From the NCBI GenBank assembly GCA_031459875.1, contig JAVKHQ010000003.1:1-64000 (forward strand): a stretch of DNA of 64,000 nt, given 5' to 3'. The DNA comes from Candidatus Fervidifonticultor sextus. GTDB taxonomy: Bacteria; Sysuimicrobiota; Sysuimicrobiia; Sysuimicrobiales; Humicultoraceae. How positions within the stretch are numbered: position 1 is the first letter of the stretch; every line of letters begins with the position of its first letter. A program made the translations under genes and the position numbers. This document shows, piece after piece, positions 9,400 through 18,672 of this stretch. The notes beneath the pieces were generated by a model. It saw only the letters and a list, made by a program, of their open reading frames with translations. It ran no database searches and was not told the origin of the DNA.

Positions 9400-10144
9400 C
9401 GGTCCACAGTGACCACCGATGCCTGCGGCCGATTCTGCGTGTACGTTCCCCGATGGGACGTGGACTGGATCCTGCGCTGGCAGCGCGAGCGCGTCTGCTT
9501 CCCCGATATCTCCGTCAGGCCCTCGATTCGCGATCTGCTGGAGGGCCTCCGGGAGCTGCCCCCGGTCCGCCGGGGAATCTCGCCGATCCGCCGTGATGGG
9601 CCTGTCGTGGCCCCTCTATCGGGTGGTCGACGGCCTGCTGCAGGTCATGTGGACCTCTGCCGACGGCGCCGGGTGGTATCCGGTGCTCGCCGATGCCGAC
9701 GGGTGGTTCTCGCCCCACCTGTTGGTGGAGTGGCCTACCGGGCAGTACGCGAACGGCCTCTACTCCCTGGAGGTCGATCTCGGCAACGTCGCCAAGGCGG
9801 TCATCAGCATCTCGGCGGCGGTCAGGTTCCGCATCGACAAGGCGTCGGCAACCCACCTGCGCTCGGTGACGCTCAGCGGCGGCGGATGCGGCGGGGGCGC
9901 GCCCGTGCTGGTTTCCGCGCTCAGCACCGTGCAGCACTGGCATACGGGCCCTGCCGACAACAGCGTGGGGAACACCGCGGTCTTTGCCCTCTCGGGCGGA
10001 GCGCCCCAAGGCGTCCACCTGCTCGCGTCGGGCCGGGCCTTCAACCCCTCCGGGGGTGACGGGGGCCATCTGGCCGACTGGAACTACGATCCGGTCTACG
10101 CGTACGTGGTCCCGATGCTCCCGGTGGCCGTTGTGAACGCATGA
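9400..10144 (+). pseudogene. Remnant of a larger hypothetical protein (two frames, no start, apparent internal deletions)
   Basis: Protein-like segment TVTTDACGRFCVYVPRWDVDWILRWQRERVCFPD in one frame, and GWYPVLADADGW...HWHTGPADNSV...GRAFNPSGGDGGHLADWNYD in another. Confidence 0.55.
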
Positions 10145-10277
10145 AGCGGGTGTCCGCCTGACCGCCGGCAGCACGGCGAGGTCCGTGACGCAGTGTCCGA
10201 TCCGCTCTTCACGGCTCGGGCAACCGGGGCATCTCCGGGCGCGACGATCCGGTAGACTGAAAGTCAGGGGGTAGACG

Positions 10278-11156
10278 ATGCCTCGGATCGTCCCCGACCA
10301 CTGGATGCCACCTGCCGGCATGCAGCGGGTCGTCACGCACTGGACCGGCGGCCTGCACCATGCCAGTCAGCCGGACCGCGAGCACTACCACATCCTGGTC
10401 GAGGGCGACGGTCGCCTCGTGCGGGGCGATCATCCCATTGACGACAACGCTAGCACCGCAGATCAGGACTATGCCGCCCACACCTTCCGGCTCAACACAG
10501 GCAGCATCGGCATCGCGGTCTGCTGCATGGCCGGCGCCATGATGAGTCCGTTCCGTCCGGGTCAGTTCCCCATGACCCGGGAACAGTACGAGGCCCTGGC
10601 GCTGGCGGTCGCCGACCTCTGCGAGCGCTACGATATCGCCGTGACCCCGCAGACCGTGCTGGGCCACGGGGAGGTGGAGGCCATCCTCGGGATCCATCAG
10701 GCCGGCAAGTGGGATCCCCTGGTGCTGCCGTGGGACCCCGCGACCTGGGATGTCAGGCGGACGGGGCGGCAGGTCGGCGACGCGTTCCGGCGGCGCGTCG
10801 GGGAGATGCTGGGCGTTGCGGATCCTGTAGCGCCGGCGGCAGAACCACGGGCGCCGGTCACGGTGATCGTGGACGGCCAGCGGGTCTCGGACGAGGGGAT
10901 CATCCTGGACGCCGGATCGTGGGTGCCGCTGCGGCCGATCGCCGACGCGTTCCACTGGACGGTCCTCCGCATCGGCCAGCGCTCGGCGAGGATTCGTGCG
11001 GACCAGCGCGAGTTCGATGTCACCGCGACCATCAGGGGCGACCGGGGCTACGTCCGGATCACGGAGCTGTCCGCGGCGCTGGGATGGAGCGCGCCGGCCT
11101 GGGATCCGGCGCGCCGAACGGTGCGGATCGCCACCACGTCGGCCGGCGGCGGGTAG
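10278..11156 (+). CDS. N-acetylmuramoyl-L-alanine amidase (Amidase_2/PGRP fold) with C-terminal copper-amine-oxidase-N-like (stalk) domain
   Basis: Zn-amidase motifs HWT, YHILVEGDG, AAHT, NTGSIGI, VLGHGE, KWDP; C-terminal SWVPLRPIADAF and WDPARRTVRI. Confidence 0.85.
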   Translation: MPRIVPDHWMPPAGMQRVVTHWTGGLHHASQPDREHYHILVEGDGRLVRGDHPIDDNASTADQDYAAHTFRLNTGSIGIAVCCMAGAMMSPFRPGQFPMTREQYEALALAVADLCERYDIAVTPQTVLGHGEVEAILGIHQAGKWDPLVLPWDPATWDVRRTGRQVGDAFRRRVGEMLGVADPVAPAAEPRAPVTVIVDGQRVSDEGIILDAGSWVPLRPIADAFHWTVLRIGQRSARIRADQREFDVTATIRGDRGYVRITELSAALGWSAPAWDPARRTVRIATTSAGGG

Positions 11157-11167
11157 GAGGCGGCGGC

Positions 11168-11551
11168 ATGCACCGGCTCCGTGATCGCCTGGGTCTCACC
11201 GTATTCTACGACGGCGCCTGTGCGCTCTGCGTCCGCACCGTCGGATGGCTGGCCCGGATCGACCTGCTGTCGTTGATCCGGTACGAAGACTTCCGGGAAT
11301 CCGGGGTCGTGGAGCGCGCTGGCGTCGACCCCCGTGCGGCGGAGTGCCGGATCCAGTGTGTGACGGCGTCGGGGGCGCGCCGCGAGGGGATCGACGTCGC
11401 CATTCACGTGGCCCTGCGCCTCCCGCCGCTGTGGCCGCTTGTCCCGTGGCTGGCGGCGGCCAGGCTGATCGGTGGGCAGCGGGCCTACGACGCCATCGCG
11501 ACGCGCCGGCCTACGCCAGCAGGTTCACGGGCCAGGTGCCACCAGGGGTGA
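11168..11551 (+). CDS. DCC-family thiol-disulfide oxidoreductase (DUF393-like)
   Basis: VFYDGACALC (DxxCxxC) near the N-terminus; AYDAIATRR near the C-terminus; SD AGGAGG. Confidence 0.85.
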   Translation: MHRLRDRLGLTVFYDGACALCVRTVGWLARIDLLSLIRYEDFRESGVVERAGVDPRAAECRIQCVTASGARREGIDVAIHVALRLPPLWPLVPWLAAARLIGGQRAYDAIATRRPTPAGSRARCHQG

Positions 11552-12659
11552 CCTCCCCCGGCGCACCCGTGGCGGTGAGGCTGGCGGCTTCGCTGGCCGC
11601 CTGCGCCGCCAGGCCGGAATCGCCGGCGGCCTGGGCCGCGCGGCCCAGCGCCAGCAGCGTCTCGCGCTCGGCCTGTTGGTCGCCTCCCTGTCGGGACAGG
11701 GCGAGGGCCCGCCGCAGCGGCTCAATCGCCTCTCGGGCGGCGCCGCGTTCCAGCAGCAGGGTCCCCAGGCTGGCTTCGACCTCGAAGCGGGCTTGGCAGT
11801 CGGAGTCGCCTGCAATGGCCGCGTGGGCCGCCCGCAGGTGCTCGAGCGCCTCGTCGGCGGACCCGTCCAGCCGGCACGCGAGCGCCAGACGGACCAGCGC
11901 GCGGACCCTGAGCGCCTCCAGACGGCTCCGTTCGGCGATGCGGACGGCCGACCGCAGGCGCCGTCGGGCCTGCCGGAGATCTCCGGCCAGGATCGCGGTG
12001 GAAGCCAGACCCAGGTACGCCTGCGCCGCCAGGTCCGGATGACGTGCGGCCTTTCGCACCCGCCCGAGCGTCTGGCGGAAGATGGCGGCCGCCGTCGGGA
12101 GGTCGCGACGGTGCAGCGCGAGCCGGCCGGACGCGAGGGCCGCGCGGGTCTGCAGGCGGAGGCCGAAGCGCGCCGCGATGGCCTCGGCGGCGCGGATCGC
12201 ATCCGCGGCGCCGTCTTCGTCCCCTGAGGCGAGATCGAGGTCGGCCAGCAGCAGGGAGGCCTCCGCCGTCTGGAGGTCGGCGCCGGCCTGCCGGGCGACC
12301 TCAAGGGCGAGGGTGACCGCGCGGCGCGCCGCGTCGAGGCGACGGGTCCGCATGGCCTCCTGCGCCCACGCCAGCAGGCCCTCCAGGGTGGCCAGGTGCT
12401 GGTCGCTGGCGTCGCCGGCCATGGTGGAGAGGCTCATGTGCAGCCGTCGGCCGAGGAAGCGCAGCGTGTCCAACGACGGATCGGCGTATCCGCCTTCCAG
12501 TTGGCTGATGAAGCTCTTGGTGTACTCGGGTCCGGCGAGTTCTGCCTGAGTCAGGTCGAGCTCGCGCCGGCGCCGACGGATGCGCTGGCCCACCGGTGCC
12601 TCTTCGGGCGATGTGTGCCGACGGGAGGGATGGCGTCCCATGCGGGGCTTCACTCCCAC
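11511..12659 (-). CDS. Second XRE-HTH + TPR-repeat regulator (start may be 12641 or 12593)
   Basis: VGQRIRRRRRELDLTQAELA...SFISQLE...PSLDTL HTH followed by Ala/Leu-rich TPR-like repeats. Confidence 0.85.
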   Translation of the reverse strand: MGVKPRMGRHPSRRHTSPEEAPVGQRIRRRRRELDLTQAELAGPEYTKSFISQLEGGYADPSLDTLRFLGRRLHMSLSTMAGDASDQHLATLEGLLAWAQEAMRTRRLDAARRAVTLALEVARQAGADLQTAEASLLLADLDLASGDEDGAADAIRAAEAIAARFGLRLQTRAALASGRLALHRRDLPTAAAIFRQTLGRVRKAARHPDLAAQAYLGLASTAILAGDLRQARRRLRSAVRIAERSRLEALRVRALVRLALACRLDGSADEALEHLRAAHAAIAGDSDCQARFEVEASLGTLLLERGAAREAIEPLRRALALSRQGGDQQAERETLLALGRAAQAAGDSGLAAQAASEAASLTATGAPGEVTPGGTWPVNLLA

Positions 12660-12755
12660 TACTACCGGGAAGTCGGCCGTCGGGCAAGGGGTTCGGCGGA
12701 GGGGATCGGCCGGCCTCCTCGAGCGTCGAGGTCCCGTCTGTCTCCATCCGTCGCC

Positions 12756-12784
12756 TTGACACCCGCCGGAGCGTCTGGTATGCG
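12756..12784 (+). promoter_or_regulatory. Putative sigma70 promoter of hom
   Basis: TTGACA-17 bp-TATGCG with a TG extended -10. Confidence 0.5.
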
Positions 12785-12808
12785 TGGGGCATCATCGCGG
12801 AGGTGCCG

Positions 12809-14092
12809 ATGCCAGACGTCTGTCGCGTGGGACTGCTGGGGCTGGGGACCGTCGGCGGGGCCGTGGCCCAGGTGCTCCTGGCGCGCCGGGAGGCGATCAG
12901 CGCGCGTGCCGGCGTGCCCGTGGTCCTCCACCGCATCGCCGTGGCCCATCCTGACCGCGCCCGCTCGGTGGCGTTGCCCGACGGGCTGGTGGGCGGCGAC
13001 GCGAGGCTGGTGGTTGAGGATCCCGAGGTGGATGTGGTCGTCGAGGTCATCGGCGGCATCGAGCCCGCGCGCACCTACATCCTGGGGGCGCTGACGCGCG
13101 GCAAGGCGGTGGTGACCGCCAACAAGCAACTGATGGCCTCGCGCGGCGAGGAACTGCTGGCAGAGGCGGCACGGGCCGGGGCAGACCTGTTCTACGAGGC
13201 CAGCGTGGGCGGCGGCATCCCGGTCATCAAGACCATCGCCGAGGCGCTGGCGGCCAACACCATCCGGCAGATCGTGGGAATCCTCAACGGGACGACGAAC
13301 TACATCCTGACGCGCATGTCCCACGACGGGATGGGATTCGCCGAGGCGCTGGTCGCCGCCCAGCAGCGGGGATTCGCCGAGAGCGATCCCACCGACGACA
13401 TCGACGGCCACGACGCGGCCGCCAAACTGGCGATCCTGGCCCAGGCGGCGTTCGGCGCGCGCGTGGCCGGCGAGGACGTCTACCGCGAGGGCATCGGCGG
13501 GATCGGCCACCGTGACATCGCCTATGCCCGGGAGTTGGGCTATGTGGTGAAACTGCTGGGCATCGCGCAGGCGACCGACGGCGGCATCGAAGCGCGGGTG
13601 CACCCCGCCCTGCTGCCGGCGTCCCACCCGCTGGCCGCGGTCTGTGACGAACTGAACGCGGTGATGATCGAGGGCGACCCGGTGGGCCCGATCGTCCTGC
13701 AGGGCCGCGGCGCGGGAGGCGGCCCCACCGCCAGCGCGGTGGTGGGGGACGTGATCGACGCCGCCCGCAACCTGCGCAGCGGGGCCAGGGGCCGGGTGCG
13801 GCACGAGCGGTTCGAGGCGCGGCCGATCCGGGAGATCTCCGAGATCGTGGTGCCTTACTGCGTGTTCCTCGAGGTCGTAGACCGGCCCGGCGTGTTCGCC
13901 CGGGTGGCCGCGGCTTTTGGCGACGAGCAGGTGAGCATCGCCTCCATCGTACAGAAGAGCCGGGGCGTGACCGCCGACGTGGTGCTGGTCACCCACGAGG
14001 CCCAGGAAGCCGCCATGCAGCGCGTCCTGGCGCGGTTGCGGGCGCTTGCGGAGGTCACATCCATCCACACGGTGCTGCGCATCGCCGCGTAG
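12809..14092 (+). CDS. hom: Homoserine dehydrogenase with C-terminal ACT domain
   Basis: GLLGLGTVG, VVTANK, YEASVGGGIP, GILNGTTNYIL, GAGGGPTASAV and ACT DRPGVF; SD GGAGGT. Confidence 0.96.
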   Translation: MPDVCRVGLLGLGTVGGAVAQVLLARREAISARAGVPVVLHRIAVAHPDRARSVALPDGLVGGDARLVVEDPEVDVVVEVIGGIEPARTYILGALTRGKAVVTANKQLMASRGEELLAEAARAGADLFYEASVGGGIPVIKTIAEALAANTIRQIVGILNGTTNYILTRMSHDGMGFAEALVAAQQRGFAESDPTDDIDGHDAAAKLAILAQAAFGARVAGEDVYREGIGGIGHRDIAYARELGYVVKLLGIAQATDGGIEARVHPALLPASHPLAAVCDELNAVMIEGDPVGPIVLQGRGAGGGPTASAVVGDVIDAARNLRSGARGRVRHERFEARPIREISEIVVPYCVFLEVVDRPGVFARVAAAFGDEQVSIASIVQKSRGVTADVVLVTHEAQEAAMQRVLARLRALAEVTSIHTVLRIAA

Positions 14093-14207
14093 CGTGCCGT
14101 CGCCTCCGCGCCTATCCTGAGGCGGCTGGGCAGCCTACCATCCTCATGACCGGTAGGACCCGGCCGCTGACCGCGGCCGGACGCGAAACGCGAGGGGGGA
14201 GAAGATC

Positions 14208-15473
14208 ATGACAACGCGCCTGCTGACGGCCGCCGCCATCATGGCGGTGCTGGTGATAGTGCTCCCGGGACACGCGCAGACGCCCATCACCATCACGTGG
14301 AGCACCCTGGCCACAGGCGGCCCCGTAGTCTCAGACGTCTACCGGGCGCTCGCCCAACAGTTCGAGCGGCAGAATCCCGGGATTCGGGTCAACCTCCAGA
14401 TCCAGCCGGGCACCTCCGGTGAACAGTACAACCGGTACGTCACGCTGTTTGCGGCCAAAGATCCATCTGTAGATGTGATCTCCATCGACGTCATCTGGCC
14501 CGCGCCCATGGTGGCCGCCGGCTGGCTGGCCCCGCTGGACCAGTGGTTCACCAGAGAGCGACAGGACCAGTTCCTGCCAGGCGCGATCCGGGCCAACACC
14601 ATCGGTGGGAAGATCTACGGCGTGCCGTGGTACACCGACGCCGGCCTGCTCTACTATCGCAAAGACCTGCTCGAGAAACACGGCGCCCAGGTGCCCACCA
14701 CGTGGGACGAGCTGATCGCCACGGCCCGGCGGATCCTCCAGGCCGAGAATAACCCGCAGCTCGGCGGGTTCCTCTTTCAGGGCGCCCGCATCGAGGCCCT
14801 GGCCAACTTCTTCTTCGAGGTCCTCTGGAGCAACGGCGGCGACATCCTCGACGCCAGCGGCAAGGTGATCCTGGACAACGGCAAGGGGCTTGCGGCCCTG
14901 AACTTCATGCTGGACTTGGTGCGGCGGCACCGCGTCACGCCGCCCGGCGTGACCACGCTACCCACCGACGACACGCGGGCCGCGTTCCAGGACGGCCGGT
15001 TCGTCTTCCTCCGCAACTGGACCTACGCCTACGCCCTATTCCAGGGCGAGGGATCAAAGGTCGCGGGCAAGGTGGGCATCGCGCCTCTGCCCAGAGGGTC
15101 CGCGGGCAGCGCGTCCACCCTCGGCGGGTGGCAGCTGGCCGTGAGCAACTTCTCCCGCAACAAAGAGAGTGCGTACCGGTTCGTGGAGTTCATGACAGGG
15201 CCGGTAGCCGAAAAGAGCATGGCACTCCAGCTCAGCACGGTGCCGACCCGAAAGGACACCTTCGAGGATCCGGTGGTCAAGCAGAAGGCCCCGCACTACC
15301 CCGACATGCTGAAGGTGGCCCTCAACGCGCGGCCGCGGCCGCAGATCCCCGACTATCCGCGCCTGTCGAGCATCGTGCAGACCAACCTCCACGCGGCGCT
15401 CACCAACCAGATCAGCGCCGAGGAGGCGATCACCCGCATGACGCGCGAGATCAGGTCCCTGCTCGGCCAGTAG
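14208..15473 (+). CDS. Carbohydrate ABC transporter substrate-binding protein
   Basis: Signal peptide; DVIW, YGVPWYTDAGLLYYRKDLL, RNWTY and TLGGWQLAV (trehalose/maltose-binding-like). Confidence 0.9.
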   Translation: MTTRLLTAAAIMAVLVIVLPGHAQTPITITWSTLATGGPVVSDVYRALAQQFERQNPGIRVNLQIQPGTSGEQYNRYVTLFAAKDPSVDVISIDVIWPAPMVAAGWLAPLDQWFTRERQDQFLPGAIRANTIGGKIYGVPWYTDAGLLYYRKDLLEKHGAQVPTTWDELIATARRILQAENNPQLGGFLFQGARIEALANFFFEVLWSNGGDILDASGKVILDNGKGLAALNFMLDLVRRHRVTPPGVTTLPTDDTRAAFQDGRFVFLRNWTYAYALFQGEGSKVAGKVGIAPLPRGSAGSASTLGGWQLAVSNFSRNKESAYRFVEFMTGPVAEKSMALQLSTVPTRKDTFEDPVVKQKAPHYPDMLKVALNARPRPQIPDYPRLSSIVQTNLHAALTNQISAEEAITRMTREIRSLLGQ

Positions 15474-15488
15474 CAGCGGGAGCGGCGC

Positions 15489-16427
15489 GTGACCGCGCCC
15501 TCGCTGGTCCGATCCGGAGCGGGATCGCGGGTCCTCCGCCGGTGGATGAGCGGCCAGCTGACGCAAGGTGAGCTGGCCGCGATGCTCATTCTGCCGTGCT
15601 TGCTCTTCCTGGCGGTCTTCGCCGTCTACCCCATCGTCAACGCGGTGTGGACTGCGCTTCACACCCTGCGCCTGGATCAGCCGCATCTGGGCACACCGTT
15701 CGTGGGGCTGCACAACTTCGCCAAGGCCCTGGGCGACCCGGATGCGTGGCACGCCATCCGGGTGACCTTCCTCTACACCGGAGTCACGGTGGCCGCCCAG
15801 TTCGCGCTGGGCCTGGCCGTGGCCCTGATCATCCACCCCATGGGGCGGGGCAGGGGGTTCGTGCGGGCCGCGGCTCTGCTGCCCTGGACCATGGCGCCGG
15901 TGCTGGCCGGGCAGATGTGGAGGTGGTTGTTCAACGACCAGGCCGGCGTGGCCAACGACCTGCTGAACCGCCTGGGGTTGATCAGCGGCCAGATCATCTG
16001 GCTCGGGGTACCGGCTCTGGCGTTCTTTGCGGTGACCGTGGCCGCCACGTGGGGCGCGGCGTCGTACATGGCGCTTATCCTGCTGGCCGGCCTGCAGGGC
16101 ATTCCCGACGAGCTCTACGAAGCTGCCAGCCTGGACGGCGCCTCGCCCCTCCGATCGTTCCTCGCGGTGACGCTTCCGCTCCTGCGTCCTGCCGTCATGG
16201 TCTCCCTGGTGCTCCGCACCCTGGGCGCCCTGCAGGCCCTGGATCTGCCGTTCGCCATGACGGGCGGCGGCCCAGGCAACGCCACGGAGACGTTCGCGCT
16301 CTTCATCTACAAGAACACCTTCCAGTTCCTGGACTTCGGGTACGGGGCCGCACTCTCGGTGATCCTGGTCGTCATCGCGCTGGCCTTGGCCGGCACGTAC
16401 TACCGCGTGCTGGCCCCGCGGGACTAG
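15489..16427 (+). CDS. Carbohydrate ABC transporter permease
   Basis: EAA loop LYEAASLDGA; six TM segments. Confidence 0.92.
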   Translation: MTAPSLVRSGAGSRVLRRWMSGQLTQGELAAMLILPCLLFLAVFAVYPIVNAVWTALHTLRLDQPHLGTPFVGLHNFAKALGDPDAWHAIRVTFLYTGVTVAAQFALGLAVALIIHPMGRGRGFVRAAALLPWTMAPVLAGQMWRWLFNDQAGVANDLLNRLGLISGQIIWLGVPALAFFAVTVAATWGAASYMALILLAGLQGIPDELYEAASLDGASPLRSFLAVTLPLLRPAVMVSLVLRTLGALQALDLPFAMTGGGPGNATETFALFIYKNTFQFLDFGYGAALSVILVVIALALAGTYYRVLAPRD

Positions 16428-16429
16428 CC

Positions 16430-17263
16430 ATGGCGGGCCGACGGCGCCTCGTGGGGATCGGGCACTGGCTGCTGATCGGCCTGGTCGTGGCGTGGTCGCT
16501 GGCGCCGTACGCCTGGACCCTGTTCACGTCGTTCAAGACCGAGCGCGAGCTCTACCAGTTCCCGGTGACCTACTTGCCGCACCGGCCGACACTGATCAAC
16601 TACGCGCAGGTCTTCACCCAGAACCCGTTCGGCCGTTTCCTGCTCAACAGCGCCATCGTCACGGTGACCTCAACGGTGCTGTGCCTGTTCATCGCATCCC
16701 TGGCCGCCTATGCGTTCGCACGGCTCCAGTTCCGCGGCCGCGAGGTGTTGCTGGTGGGCCTGCTAGTGGTGGCCATGGTGCCGCTCATCACGGTGATCGT
16801 GCCTCTCTACATCCTGGTACGCAACCTGGGTCTGCTCAACTCATATGCCGGACTCATTGCGCCGTACGTCACGTACTCCCTGCCGGTGGCGATCTTCATC
16901 CTCGCGGCGTTCTTCCGGGAGATCCCTCACGAACTCGAGGAAGCCGCGCTCATCGACGGCTGCACGCGGCTGAACACCCTGTGGCGGATCATCGCGCCGC
17001 TGGCGACGCCCGGGTTGATCACGGCCGGGATCATCGTGTTCGTCTACACCTGGAACGAGTTCCTGGTGGCGCTCACGTTGACCAGTACCACCGAAGTCCG
17101 CACGATCACCGTGGGGATCGCGCTCTACCGCGGCGAATTCACCTTCCCGTGGGGTGTGATCTCCGCCGCGGTGATGCTGGCGACGATCCCGATCATGACC
17201 TTGATCCTATTGGGCCAGCGCCTGGTGATCCGGGGACTGACAGCCGGCGCGGTCAAGGGTTAG
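16430..17263 (+). CDS. Carbohydrate ABC transporter permease
   Basis: ELEEAALIDG, WNEF, and C-terminal GLTAGAVKG. Confidence 0.92.
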   Translation: MAGRRRLVGIGHWLLIGLVVAWSLAPYAWTLFTSFKTERELYQFPVTYLPHRPTLINYAQVFTQNPFGRFLLNSAIVTVTSTVLCLFIASLAAYAFARLQFRGREVLLVGLLVVAMVPLITVIVPLYILVRNLGLLNSYAGLIAPYVTYSLPVAIFILAAFFREIPHELEEAALIDGCTRLNTLWRIIAPLATPGLITAGIIVFVYTWNEFLVALTLTSTTEVRTITVGIALYRGEFTFPWGVISAAVMLATIPIMTLILLGQRLVIRGLTAGAVKG

Positions 17264-17322
17264 GCGTGGGGATCCCACAGGCACCGGACGGATGGCCGGG
17301 GGCCTCCCGGGCCCCAGTGCGC

Positions 17323-18672
17323 ATGGGGCTGGTGCCCATCGTACGGCCGCTGTTCCGCGGTGCGCACATGGGCCTGGTGATCTCGAGTTGCAATGCCCTG
17401 GCCAGCCTGGCCGCGCCCCTGGGGTTCGAGCTGGCGTACGTCGCCAACCCGGTCACCGACGCCACCGAAGCCCAGGCAAGGGCCCGCGAGCTGCAGGCAC
17501 GGCGGAGCGCGGGAACCCTGGACCTGCTGATGGTCGAGCACGTCACCTTCGCCACCGGCGATCTGGTTGCCCCGTTCCTGGAGCTGGCGATGCCCCTGGG
17601 CCTCTGGGCCCTGCCCGAGGCCACCACGGAGGGCCCGCTGCCGCAGAACGCCCTGTGCGGACTCAATCTCAGCCTTAGCCTGCTCACGCCGCGGACGCTG
17701 CCCGTGAAGTGGTTCTACGGCGAGGCGGCAGACGCGCAGTTCCAGACGCGGCTTCGCGTGACCATCCAGGCGCTCCGGGGCGTCAGGGCCGTACGGGAGG
17801 GCCGCCTGCTCTGGGTCGGCGGGACCGCGCCCGGGTTCTACCGCCTGGAATCGCTGCCCGATCTGCCTCTACGGATCGACCGCCTGCCGCTGGAGGCGGC
17901 GTTCGATGCGCTGCGCCAGGTGGACGCGGCGCAGATCGAGGAACGGCTGGGCACCTGCCACGAGCCCACGGCCATGGGGCGTGAAGAGCTGCGCGCCATG
18001 GTCAGGCTCGAGATCGCCCTGGAACGGCTGGCCCGGGGCTACGACGGCGTCGCGCTGCGCTGCTGGCCCGAGCTCCCCGAGCGGGCGGGCAGCATGGCCT
18101 GCGCGCCGTATGGCCGCCTGGCCGACCGCGGGTGTCACTTCGCGTGCGAAGGCGACATGGCGGGGCTGGTCTCGATGCTGGCCACCGCCGCCGTCACCGA
18201 CCGACCAGCGGTGCTCCTCGATCTCTCTCGCAAGGACGACGACGCCCTGCTCTTCTGGCACTGCGGTAACGCGGCGCGAGCGTGGGCGGCCGGTGGCGAG
18301 ACCCGTCTCGGCCCGCACTTCAATCGGGGTCTTCCCGCCGTGCGCCAGATGCGCCTGGAGCCTGGCCCGACCAGCGGCCTGCGCTTCCTCGAGCACCGCC
18401 GGGCCGCGGTCTACGCCGGCCGCGTACTCGAACGTTCAGACGGCTACGACGGCGTCTTCGGCTGGATGGGAGAGCTGCGATGGGCCGGCCTCGCCGTCAC
18501 CGCGGGAGGGTTCCTCGCCAGCGTGCTCAACCACCGGCTGCCGCACCATCTGGTCTGGGGCAGAGGAGATGCTGAGGCCGCGCTGCTGGAATTGTGCCAG
18601 TGGCTCGGGCACGAACCACTGGCCCCCGACCCGGAGATCACCGTGCTGAGGTGGCCCGCCCGTGGACGTTGA
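17323..18672 (+). CDS. L-fucose/L-arabinose isomerase-like protein (start uncertain, 17266-17323)
   Basis: RCWPE, ACEGD, FWHCGN and HHL motifs typical of FucI/AraA-like proteins. Confidence 0.7.
   Translation: MGLVPIVRPLFRGAHMGLVISSCNALASLAAPLGFELAYVANPVTDATEAQARARELQARRSAGTLDLLMVEHVTFATGDLVAPFLELAMPLGLWALPEATTEGPLPQNALCGLNLSLSLLTPRTLPVKWFYGEAADAQFQTRLRVTIQALRGVRAVREGRLLWVGGTAPGFYRLESLPDLPLRIDRLPLEAAFDALRQVDAAQIEERLGTCHEPTAMGREELRAMVRLEIALERLARGYDGVALRCWPELPERAGSMACAPYGRLADRGCHFACEGDMAGLVSMLATAAVTDRPAVLLDLSRKDDDALLFWHCGNAARAWAAGGETRLGPHFNRGLPAVRQMRLEPGPTSGLRFLEHRRAAVYAGRVLERSDGYDGVFGWMGELRWAGLAVTAGGFLASVLNHRLPHHLVWGRGDAEAALLELCQWLGHEPLAPDPEITVLRWPARGR

Noticed and set aside
10278..11156. Amidase as evidence of a prophage
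   Set aside because: No holin, integrase, terminase or structural genes are in the window.
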